A stretch of DNA of 64,000 nucleotides from Candidatus Zhuqueibacterota bacterium (GTDB lineage: Bacteria > Zhuqueibacterota > Zhuqueibacteria > Thermofontimicrobiales > Thermofontimicrobiaceae): NCBI GenBank assembly GCA_049322915.1, contig JBMOPW010000034.1, positions 256,001 through 320,000 of the forward strand, given 5' to 3'. Below the pieces are notes generated by a model. It was given only the letters and a program-made list of their open reading frames with translations. It was not told the DNA's origin and made no database searches. Positions within the stretch are counted from its first letter, which is position 1; each line of letters opens with the position of its first letter. This document shows, piece after piece, positions 1 to 10,600 of the stretch. Both the position numbers and the translations under genes were made by a program.

Positions 1-292
1 AACCGATGGCGTCATTTCGGTCATTTCGGAATTTGACGTTGTCCATCAATCGGCGCTTGTGAAAATCGTCGATAACGGGGAAGGCATTCGCACGGATATT
101 CAGGAAAAAATATTCGATCCATTTTTTACAACACGAAGCGGCGGCACGGGATTGGGTCTTTCCATTTGCCAGAATATCATCCACGCGCACGGCGGAGCCA
201 TTCATGTGGAGAGCGAACCGGGCAATGGCGCGACATTTGCCATTTCCCTGCCGGTGAGAAATTTGTCAATGACAGAGGAGAATAATCCTTGA
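1..292 (+). CDS. Sensor histidine kinase, C-terminal HATPase_c part (5' truncated by window edge)
   Basis: Frame open from window start; DNGEGI (G1), FDPFFTT (F box), GGTGLGL (G2), GNGATF; overlaps next gene by 4 nt. Confidence 0.9.
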   Translation, partial: TDGVISVISEFDVVHQSALVKIVDNGEGIRTDIQEKIFDPFFTTRSGGTGLGLSICQNIIHAHGGAIHVESEPGNGATFAISLPVRNLSMTEENNP

Positions 293-1692
293 GTCGTATC
301 CTGATTGTTGATGATGAGCGCGATATGCGCTGGATTCTCGCCAACATTCTGAGGACGGAATATTATGAAATTTCCGAAGCAGAGAGCGGCGAGCAGGCGC
401 TGAACGTGATCAGAAAAGAACGCCCGGAATTGGTGCTGTTGGACAAAATGATTCCCGGCAAAATGGACGGCATTGAAGTGCTCAGGCAGGTGAAAAGCAT
501 CGATTCCTCCATTTGCGTCATCATGATCACCGCCATTGGCGATTCCAAATCCATTGTCAACGCCGTCAAAATGGGGGCATTCGATTACATCCTGAAGCCG
601 TTTGATGATGAGGAATTGCTGATCACCGTATCCCGCGCACTGGAGCAGCGTTCGCTCTCGCTGGAAGTGATAGAATTGCGCGCGCGTCTTGAGCACAGGG
701 AAACCCTGGAATCTGTTATGGGCAGCAGCGAGACGATTCGCTCCATTCACAAGCAGATTGAAAAGGTGGCCGGCACGGATTTCACCGTGCTGTTGCAGGG
801 CGAGAGCGGGACCGGCAAGGAAGTTGTGGCCAGGGCCATTCACCAATTGAGCCAGCGCCGCAACAAACCCTTTGTCGCCGTTGACTGCGGAGCCATTCCG
901 GACACCCTCGTCGAAAGCGAATTGTTCGGATATGAAAAAGGCGCGTTCACCGGGGCTGACGCCCGGAAAGAGGGACAATTCGAATTGGCTAATACCGGCA
1001 CAATCTTCCTGGATGAAATCGGCAATATCCCCTACCCGGTTCAGAAAAAAATGCTGCGGCTCATCCAGGAGCGAAAGGTGCAGCATCTCGGAGGCAAAAA
1101 ATTAATCGATGTGGATGTGCGCATCATTGCCGCCACCAATGAGAATCTCTCTGCCCAGATCGACAAAGGCGATTTTCGCAGCGATCTCTATTATCGGCTC
1201 AATGAATTTAAAATCACGCTGCCCAATCTGCGGGAACGAAAAGATGACATCCCATTTCTGGCGGATAAATTTCTCAAGGAGACGAGCGCGGAATTGAAAA
1301 AGGGAGTGAAGGGTTTTTCGAACGATGCGCTGAAGAAGCTCATGTCCTATCAGTGGAAAGGCAATATCCGCGAATTGAAAAACGTGATCCGGCGGGCTGT
1401 GTTACTCTGCGACGACCGCGTGGGCATCGAGCACCTCATTTTTGATCACCAGCAGGTACCTGCCTACCTCTGCTTCCAGGATTATATTGATCCGAAAAAT
1501 ATTCGTCCGTTGAAAGAAGTCAATCGGCAGATTCTGTCCATGGTTGAAAAGGAGGCCATCAGCAACGCGTTGCTTTTCACCAAAGGCAATAAGAATCGCG
1601 CGTCGCGCATACTGGACATTGACTATAAAACACTGCTAACAAAAATTAAAGCCTATGGAATTGATTACAGGGAATTGGCCCGTAAACAATGA
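289..1692 (+). CDS. NtrC-family sigma54-dependent response regulator (REC-AAA+-Fis HTH)
   Basis: LIVDDE...LLD...KPF receiver; GESGTGKE Walker [27 protein letters not shown]-terminal [20 protein letters not shown]. Confidence 0.95.
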   Translation: MSRILIVDDERDMRWILANILRTEYYEISEAESGEQALNVIRKERPELVLLDKMIPGKMDGIEVLRQVKSIDSSICVIMITAIGDSKSIVNAVKMGAFDYILKPFDDEELLITVSRALEQRSLSLEVIELRARLEHRETLESVMGSSETIRSIHKQIEKVAGTDFTVLLQGESGTGKEVVARAIHQLSQRRNKPFVAVDCGAIPDTLVESELFGYEKGAFTGADARKEGQFELANTGTIFLDEIGNIPYPVQKKMLRLIQERKVQHLGGKKLIDVDVRIIAATNENLSAQIDKGDFRSDLYYRLNEFKITLPNLRERKDDIPFLADKFLKETSAELKKGVKGFSNDALKKLMSYQWKGNIRELKNVIRRAVLLCDDRVGIEHLIFDHQQVPAYLCFQDYIDPKNIRPLKEVNRQILSMVEKEAISNALLFTKGNKNRASRILDIDYKTLLTKIKAYGIDYRELARKQ

Positions 1693-1764
1693 CCTTTCTG
1701 TTATCGCACTTCCTTTGCCAACCGCCGGGATAGCCTATTTTCAGGACACGTAAAAATCTAAAAT

Positions 1765-1781
1765 CTGGTATTTGATTTGCA
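1765..1781 (+). promoter_or_regulatory. Putative sigma54 (-24/-12) promoter
   Basis: CTGGTATTTGATTTGCA: GG at 1767-68, exactly 10 nt, GC at 1779-80; lies between a bEBP gene and a small ORF. Confidence 0.55.
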
Positions 1782-1827
1782 TATCATTTCGCTAATTTGA
1801 TCACAATGGAATAGCGAGGTGTTTTCG

Positions 1828-2046
1828 ATGCAGACATCCCAAAAAAAGTTACATCTTCAGGACGATTTCTCAATCCTCAATCATCTTCCGGAATCATCCA
1901 CTGAATTGCTGGAAAAATTGCAGGCCATTTTGAACAACTCGGAGAGGTGGAAAGCGCGCATGGTCTTTGTGGACAGGCTATCCGGCGAGTATGGAATTAT
2001 GGTCAGCGGCACCAACCATCAACTGGATCTGTTCGATCAGAATTGA
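1828..2046 (+). CDS. Small hypothetical protein (72 aa) ending ...HQLDLFDQN
   Basis: GAGGTG SD at 1816-1821, ATG at 1828; fills the gap between convergent genes. Confidence 0.6.
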   Translation: MQTSQKKLHLQDDFSILNHLPESSTELLEKLQAILNNSERWKARMVFVDRLSGEYGIMVSGTNHQLDLFDQN

Positions 2047-2117
2047 ATGCGCTCCGGAAGAGACCTGCCGCCGACATGGTGGCCGGACTCACGCAGCGAG
2101 CAAAGCATTTAATAAAA

Positions 2118-2930
2118 TCAACGCCAGTAGCGGGGCTGCATGAATTCCGGGTTGAGGTCGCTGATGGCGCTCAGCGCGATGCGGATGGCGTTTTGCTCGG
2201 CGGTGACCCGCAGTTCCTGAACGACATCCTCGCTGGTGGTTCTGTCAGCGATGACGCCGCACACGCAGGCCGCTGCAAATCCGTAGACGCTGGCCATTTT
2301 GAACAGAGTGCCGGATTCCATTTCGTAATTGAGCACATTCAAATGCTGGTATTCGCGGGTGATGCCATCGAGCCAGCGCATCAGGTGCTTGTTGGGAGAC
2401 GAACGGAATCGCTCCTGGCCCTCGTAAAACGTGTCCACCGAGGCGGTCACGCCGATGTGCCAGTCAATGTCCATCCTGCGAGCGGCATCGACCAGGGCGA
2501 CCGTGAGAAACGGATTGGCCGAAGCCGGATATTCCCGCGGAGCAATATCGTTGGCTGCGCCTTGCCTGCACAATGCCGCGCGTGAAATGACCACGCTCCC
2601 CACCTTTACGTCGTCCTGGATGGAACCGCAGGTGCCGATGCGAATGATCTGGCGAATGCCGACATCGAACAATTCGTTGACGACAATGCTCAGAGACGGC
2701 GCGCCCATGCCACTCGTCGCCGAAAGAATGCGCTGGCCATTGGGCAGAGTGGAAATGTAGCTGTTCAAACCGCGCTTCTCCGAGAGAAGTTTTTCGAACC
2801 GCAGCGGCGCCGTTTCCGTGGCGATCCGTTTCGCGCGTTCAGGGTCGCCGCTCAATAGCGCCAACGTGGGCGGATCCCCGCCCAAATCCTCACGGCTGAA
2901 TCCGATATGATATTTTCGCTCGCTCGTCAT
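2118..2930 (-). CDS. udp: Nucleoside phosphorylase (uridine phosphorylase-like, PNP_UDP_1)
   Basis: GDPERA, SGMGAPS, IRIGTCGS, DTFYEGQER, NYEMES motifs. Confidence 0.88.
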   Translation of the reverse strand: MTSERKYHIGFSREDLGGDPPTLALLSGDPERAKRIATETAPLRFEKLLSEKRGLNSYISTLPNGQRILSATSGMGAPSLSIVVNELFDVGIRQIIRIGTCGSIQDDVKVGSVVISRAALCRQGAANDIAPREYPASANPFLTVALVDAARRMDIDWHIGVTASVDTFYEGQERFRSSPNKHLMRWLDGITREYQHLNVLNYEMESGTLFKMASVYGFAAACVCGVIADRTTSEDVVQELRVTAEQNAIRIALSAISDLNPEFMQPRYWR

Positions 2931-4183
2931 TCCTCATCCCTCTCTGCATCCAACACTGTAGCCTTCACCAGCTTCTCATAGTAATCGATGCACTGGCGCA
3001 CGTATTTCCGCTTCTGGGCGTACGCCTCGGGAAAGAAGCTGCGCTTGAATCCGTAAACAATGATATTTTTCAGCGTTTTGGGACGCAGGTTGAAGCTGCG
3101 CAGCGCCAACAGGATTTCGTTGGTGACGGTTGTTTTGCTGACCGTCCGATTATCGGTGCAAATGGTGGTGCTCAATTTGTGATCCACCATTTTTTGAAAC
3201 GAGTGATCCTCGATGCGCTTCAATAACGGATTCGTCTGAAGATTGGAGGTCAGGCAGACTTCGATGGTGACGCGCCTATCGGCGATGTACTGACAGAGGT
3301 CTTCGATGTATTTCTCGCGGTCTTCGATTTTGCGATCCTCGAATCGCGTGGCGTCGAACAGGTAATAGCCATGGCCGATTCGCTCCGCGTACAGTTCGGT
3401 GATCGCCTGAAAAATCGAGGGTGGGCCATAGGCCTCGCCGGCGTGAACTGTTTTGGCCAAAAAATGCTGGTGGGCAAATTGAAACGCCTGCTTGTGGTCT
3501 TTGGCCGGATTGCCATGCTCTGCGCCGGCCAAATCCAATCCCATCACCGGCACGCCCAGTCCATCGCGGATCTTCACAGCGCCGCGGGCTAACTCCAGCG
3601 AACACAGACCGGCGATGATTTTCCTATCGGAGTATTGCAGCGAGTTGATGAAGTTCGCATAGTACTCGGAATATTTTCCAAAAGACCGAAGCGCGCTCAC
3701 GATGATCGCATAGTGAAATGGCGGTTCTGCTCCACTCACAATTTCAGGCCGCTGATTGAATTCGCGCTGCGCCTGGACCAGCCCGTTGTTCACGCTGGAG
3801 ATGACCGTTTCCATATCCATCATTTTGTTGATGTGCAATTGCGGGGCAAAACGAACTTCGAAGTAGCGCACTCCTTCGGCCTGATTGTCCTGCGCCATTT
3901 CATAGGCAATCCGCTCCAGATATTCCGGCTTTTGCATCACTGCCGTGGAATAGCCGAACGTTTTCAGATATTCTTCCAGACTGCTGTAATTGTCCTTGAA
4001 TACCAGCTCATTCATGCCCTCCACCGTGTAGCTTGGCAGATTGATTTTTTCGCGCTCCGCAATATCGATCAGTGTTCCCATCCGGATCGATCCATCCAGA
4101 TGAACATGCAAATCGGTCTTCGGTATTTTGGCAATCAACGCAGTCAGGTTTTCATCATATAAATTCTTTTTCATACGTACCAC
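2927..4183 (-). CDS. add: Adenosine deaminase family protein
   Basis: PKTDLHVHLDGS, YFEVRFAP, TVHAGE, RIGHG, EVCLTSN, CTDN; ATGA-coupled to the phosphorylase; start may be ATG 4174. Confidence 0.9.
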   Translation of the reverse strand: MVRMKKNLYDENLTALIAKIPKTDLHVHLDGSIRMGTLIDIAEREKINLPSYTVEGMNELVFKDNYSSLEEYLKTFGYSTAVMQKPEYLERIAYEMAQDNQAEGVRYFEVRFAPQLHINKMMDMETVISSVNNGLVQAQREFNQRPEIVSGAEPPFHYAIIVSALRSFGKYSEYYANFINSLQYSDRKIIAGLCSLELARGAVKIRDGLGVPVMGLDLAGAEHGNPAKDHKQAFQFAHQHFLAKTVHAGEAYGPPSIFQAITELYAERIGHGYYLFDATRFEDRKIEDREKYIEDLCQYIADRRVTIEVCLTSNLQTNPLLKRIEDHSFQKMVDHKLSTTICTDNRTVSKTTVTNEILLALRSFNLRPKTLKNIIVYGFKRSFFPEAYAQKRKYVRQCIDYYEKLVKATVLDAERDEE

Positions 4184-4625
4184 TCAGTTTTAATTTCCTC
4201 TTGAGTATCGATTTCTTTGGTTCGTTCAAATTTTAATTTCTATTATAACCATATTTTACAGAATTAGTTTCATGGCATGTCCGGCCGTTCAAATTAAGCC
4301 TACTTTTTTGGGCGTCACTGAAGAAAAAACTGATTCATTGACCTGCCATCGAATAGTGACCACTCAGATTTATTCCTGAACAAATCACGGATAATTCCTT
4401 TGTTGAAATGAAATCGAAGCCAGCGGTTGGATTCGCGAATGCCGATGGACTTTGAGTTTAATGACTGAAATTGCACTCGATGAAGAATGATCGTCCGCAT
4501 AGGAATAAAAATATCAATTCATTAACGAATAAAAAATAATTTCAATATACGGATTTTCATTTGTTTTAATTTTCATTTTATACTACATTAACCGAAGAAT
4601 TATTCAACAGGGGAAGAGGCTGCAA

Positions 4626-7600
4626 ATGAAAACTATTCGAATATTTTTGTACATCATGGTCTTAGCTCAGACGCTGCTGGCATCTGAAAAAATTTCCGCC
4701 ATTCACAATCCGCTGATGACCCAGCCGGTCATCACATTGCCTGGCGGGACATTCGTCGTTCACTGCACGGCGGACGCTTCCGCGACCGACTGGGAGGTCA
4801 TCATTTCCACGCGATATTTTTCGCGAACCCTGCCGGTCACAGCCAGCTACGACAACGGAAGTGCTGTTTGGGCGCTCACCGTTTCCATCCCGGCAAATAC
4901 ACCGTTTGAATTGTATCACGTCCGCGTGCGCGCCAGCGGAGGCATCGACGACACATCGCCAAACAGCCTGCGTATCATCAGTGAATACAAACAATCGTAC
5001 TATTTCATCCACGTGCCGGATGCTCATTTGCCATCGTGCAGTTGGGTGGGTTATTATGACGATGAAAATACGGTGCCGGAATTCGAGCGAATTATCGGGG
5101 AATGCAACCTCATCAATCCTGAGTTCATTTTGCAGACCGGCGACCTTGTGGACAATGGGCAGGTGGAAACAGGATTTGACATCGCCGGCCAGTCCTTGCT
5201 GAAGTCAACCATCCCATTTTTCATCACCGGCGGGAATCATGATTTATGGTACGACGGCCACGCGAACTGGCACAGCTATTTTGGCTCATCGATGAACTTC
5301 AGCTTCAACTATGGCGAGCATTTTTTCTGCGGCATGGAGATGTACGACATCCCATCGGTGACCTTCACGGCGGCTCAAATGGACTGGCTGCAAGACAATC
5401 TCGCCGCGTCCAGGCTGCGCAGCGACAAGCTGCGCGTGCTGTTTTACCATTACGATGAATCGCACCAGATCGATGACGAGTTCGTCGATGAAAATGAAAT
5501 CGACCTGATCCTGTACGGACACACGCATATCAACGGGGTCAGCTATCTGGGCAGCCGCAATGCGCTGAATATCAACACCTCCTACACCATGAATGACAAT
5601 GGCGCTTATCGGCTGATTAAAATTCACGGCGACGAAGTCACCGAATATCCGCTGCTTCGCTACAAACAACTCAGCGTGCGCTACTCCCCCACCAACGACG
5701 GCACCAACTGGATTATCAATGCGCTGATCACGAACGACAGCCCGATCCAGTTCGAAAATGGGCTTGTGAAATTCATTGTGCCGGAGGATGCGGCTGGCTA
5801 CTCCGTGACCGGAGGCGCAGTGCAGCAAGTCGTCCCCATTGCGGAGAATAAATTGCTTTACTATGTCGAAGTGAACATCCAGGCCAACGCCGTTCACTCC
5901 GTGACCCTGCAGAGCCAGAGTCCGCCGGCAAACCATCCACCGCGAATTACCTCGTTCACGCCCCAATTGGAAATTACTGTCACAGGAGGCGTCAGCCTCA
6001 CACTTTCGCTCGCTGCAACCGATCCGGACGGCGATGCGTTGGCCTACACCTGGTTGCGAAATGACCAGCAGTTGGACATGGCCAATGCTTCGAACTATAT
6101 TTTTCAAAATGAAGATACCTATGAGGGCGTGGATTCCATCCGCGCTGTTGTGTACGATGGCAGTTACCGCGACCAGGTTCAATGGGTCATCACAACAGAT
6201 AAATTTTCAGGCGAGCCCCAGATCGTCTCGGACATCGGGAATTTCTTCGCCTTCAATGCGCCGGCCACCATTCGCTGGATCGAACCGACGCCCATCTCCG
6301 CCCGGTTAGAATTCGGCACAGCGCCGGGGGATTATTCGAAGGGTGCTATCCCGGAGACGAACGTTTCAGAAGTGACCTTCGTCCCGCAGGATTACGCCAT
6401 GGCCCTGGGTCGCTATTTCTGCCGCGTCACCGACGGCGCTTATTCCAGCCGTGAGTTTTTCATCATCGTGGAATCGCCGATTGCGCCACAAATGCTCTCC
6501 CCGTTGGGGAATGTTCAGTCGCTCTCACCTGTTTTCACGTGGGAGAAAGTCCCCGGCGTGCCCTATTACTGGATCATGGTTTCGGATCAGGAAGTCATTG
6601 TGGGCAAAAACTCGGAGACAGGCGAATTGATGGTGGAAGGCGCCAATCCCATCTGGGCGGTATTGTCTTCTGAAAATGAAATTCCCTACGGCATCCCGGA
6701 TCCGAGCCATAATTTCACCAGTTCGCCGCCGCCACTCATCGCCGGGGCGAATTACTGGTGGGTGGTGCTCAATGCCTACGGCAACGCGCCGGAATTCACT
6801 TCGCCGGTCATTGCCGGTGTTTCCGAATTCAAGCTGGATATTGCACCGCCGACGCTGGCTGCGCCGGCGCTGCTTTCCCCGGCGAACAATGCCACACTCA
6901 ACGGCGACATTGTCACCTTTGAATGGGCGAGCGTTCCGGGCGCTGTGAATTTTCATGTCTATCCGTTCAAGATCGAGCAAGAATCGGATATGGAGACATC
7001 GGTACCCATGTGGGAGAGCATCATCGCGACTTCGAATACCTATTTCGATTTTCCAGCGTACCAGCGATTTGTGAATGGAAATTACCGCTGGAAAATCGGA
7101 GCGGTCGACGCCAACGGACTGGAAGTGCACAGTGAGACCCGAGATTTCATTTATGACGCACCCCATGCGATCGTCTCCATCCACACACTGGACGATGCCG
7201 GCACGCCGGACAAAACCAGTGATGATTACCTGCTCCCGCGTACCAAGGTCGAATTTACCTCCATCGATGGCATTTTCACCGGCGTGCCGCTGTCGACCGA
7301 CTTTCACGGCAATCGGGAAAATGTCAATATCGCTCCGGGCACATACATTTTCACCGCGTCGAAAGATCTGTACGAGACGATCCTCGATACCGTCACCTGC
7401 GATGTGGATCAATCCTATTCCCTCTATTTTCGATTGAACCCGAGCCCATGCAGTCTCACCGGTCGCGTTGTGGATGACAACACGCTGCCCGTGCAAAATG
7501 CCAATGTCGAAGCCGTTCATTCTTTGCACACGGAAATTGTGAAACAGACAACCAGCGCCGCCAATGGCCATTTCTCCCTCAGCCTCAGCGGCGGCCCCTG

Positions 7601-10600
7601 GCAGATTTCATCGCAAAAAGAGGGCTACCGGCTTTCAGGCGCTGCCACGATTTCGCTCACGGCAGGACAATGTAGCACCCTGCCTCAAAATCTGGTGCTC
7701 ATCAAAAACACCAACATCGCGACCGGAACGGTTGTCAATTCTGAAAACCAGCCTGTCTTTGGCGCGACGGTCGCAGTGAAAAAGGATGAACAGGAGTTAT
7801 CCACATTGACCGATGCCAACGGGACTTTCGCGTTCAGTCTGGAATCCGGCGCATGGCGTCTCACTGTTTCCAAAGAAGGATTTGTCAGTCCGGCAGCAAC
7901 GGCATTCAGCGTTAGCGGCGGCATCCGCTATGACGTGAAACCCAATCCCATCCTGACGCCCAATGCAGCCATTCTCTCAGGGTACGTGTCCGACGGCACC
8001 GCCACCATCGATTCGGTTCTTGTGAAAGCCATTCCCACCACAGGGTCGGTCATCACGACCTGGTCGGATAATTTCGGCTATTTTGCGCTGAACGTGCCGC
8101 CCGGTACCTATTCATTTTTGCCGCAAAAGGATGGCTATTACGTTCAGTCCGAAAAACAAATCACGCTGGCAGCCGGCGAAACCGTCTCCGGCTTTGATTT
8201 GATTTTGAACAAAATCAATGCTGTCATTTCCGGCAAGACGACACTCAATGGGACCACGCCGCTGGAAGGAGTGAAAATATCCGTCGGCCAGTTGCAAACG
8301 CACTCATCGAGCAGTGGCACGTTTTCGCTGGAACTGACCCAGGGCAATTACACAATCGCTGCGAACAAGGATGGCTTTTTTTCATCGCAGGAACAAGCTG
8401 TCTCCGTTTTAAGCGACCAGCGACTCGACCAAATCAATTTCGTTTTAACGCCCAATGCCAGCGTCATCAAAGGCCGGGTGACAGCCGACGCTGGCCCGAT
8501 CTATGCCGCACGCGTCACGGCGAGCCGTTACAACGCCGTGTCAGTCTTCACGGACGAAAATGGGTATTTCACGTTGAACCTCGAGGCCGGCGTTTGGGAT
8601 CTGATTGTAGAGAAGGAAAATTTCCTCGATGCCGGAAACGACAGTATTCTCATCGGCGCCGGTCAGACCCTGACCGGGCTCAATTTTTCCATGCTCAAAA
8701 ACGAAACCCTCCTGCAAGGCGTTATTACCGCAGGCCCGGACAATGCGCCTTTGCGCGGCGCAGTCATCACCATTCAGGAAACGGGCGGCGAGACAGAGAC
8801 GAAAAATGATGGCCGGTTCAGTGTGGCGCTCGAACCGGGTCATTACACGATTACAGCCCGGAAAGATGGCTATAGTCCGATGGCGCAACACACCGGAGAT
8901 ATGCAGGCCGGCCAGAGCTATCAATACGATTTCAACCTGACGCCAGCCGATTGCCGGATTTCCGGCAACATTATCGATGAAACCGGCGCCGGCCTCCCGG
9001 ACGCGCTGATCTTTCTACCCGGCCAGGCGAATATTCAATGCCTCAGTAATTCCCGCGGCGAATTTTCGCTTCAGGTGATCGCCGGGGATTATACGTTCGA
9101 AGCCAGAAAATCTGGTTACATCCCAACCAGCGGGCCTGTCGCGTTGAACCTCGGTCCGGGAGAAAACCGATCCGATGTGAATTTCGCATTGCAAAGCCAT
9201 TTTGCCGGGCTAATGGGAATCGTCACCGACAGCCTGACAGGGAGTCCGCTGCTCAACGCGCTGGTCACCGCAACCGGCCCGGAAAATTCCATTGGCTCTA
9301 CCTATTCGCTCATCTCCGGCGCTTTTTCTTTCACCGATCAGAATCAACGGGTTTTTTTGCCGGAAGGCGTATATTCGCTCACAGTGTCAAAGCCGGGCTA
9401 TGCTTCCAAATTCATTCCGGCGGTTCAGCTTCAGGGGAGGGCAACAGTCACTCAGGATATTTCGCTCGTTTCATTCTCCAATTCGATCAGCGGCAAAGTG
9501 ACGAGTGAAGCGGCGGACATTTCCGGCGCTACCATCAACGCCATTCACTCGCAGAGCAGCGCTCAATTTTCTGTGCTCAGCAGCGACGACGGAGAATTTT
9601 CCATCAACTCACTGCCAGCCGGCGAATACTATCTCAACGCATTCAAGAACGGCTACACCTCGCTGCCGGACACGCTCATCCGGGCCGGCGCAGCCAATGT
9701 CCCACTCGAATTATTGCCCAATCTGGGACGCATTGCCGGGCACGTGCTGGATGAACAGACGAGCCAGCCTCTGGCCGGCGTCGCTTTTTATGCCTATGAT
9801 AATTCAGGTCATTTCGGGACGACCTCCTCCGGCAGCACGGGAAATTTTGTTCTGGAAAATCTGGCGACCCTGCACCCATACAGCCTGTCGGTCTCGAAAT
9901 ATGGCTATGAGACGATTGTGCTTGAATTGATTTCAGCCGACAGCTCTCCGGAATTGCATCTTTCATTGCAGAAAATTTCCGGCGCACTGTCCGGGATGGT
10001 TCGTAAAACCGATGGAGCGCCATTATCCGGCGTCCGAATGAAAATCGTAATGGCAGATAACACCGCCCGCTCAGATACAACTTCGGCCCAGGGAAATTAT
10101 ACATTTGACGGATTGCCGGTTGGCAGCTATTTCATCTATGCCGAAAAAGTGGGATTCAGCAGCGCGCCGCAATACCTGACTGCCACAATCAGCCGATGGG
10201 GGGAAATCCCGAATCTGGATTTTGTCATGGATGAGGCGATTGCCGCGACGATCTCCATTCGCGGCAGCCTGACCATCACCAACAACACGACTTCAAAATA
10301 CGCCATTGACGCGCTGACGGCAGACGGCCGGACTGCGGTGATCGCACCGGCCTGGAGCTTCTCTCCGACAGACGCTCTGGACAGCCTGTCATTGACTGGA
10401 GTTGTCGATCCGGTCAACTCTTACATCGGACCGGTCACGATTTCGGCAATAGATACCTACTCCAACGCCCGGGGCGGCCTGGACATTTCAGTCGTTTCTG
10501 CAATTGGCAGGAACTCGCCGGCCGTCACATTGCACTGCGCCGAGAATGTTCAAATCAGTGTGCCGGCCAATTGCATTGACTACGATGTCCAGATCGGCAT

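Noticed and set aside
202..1086. Long antisense ORFs (202-1086, 5286-6182, 6525-7571, 15194-15874, 28778-29488, 35238-35963, 61385-62083 and others)
   Set aside because: Shadows of well-supported genes on the opposite strand, with no motifs of their own
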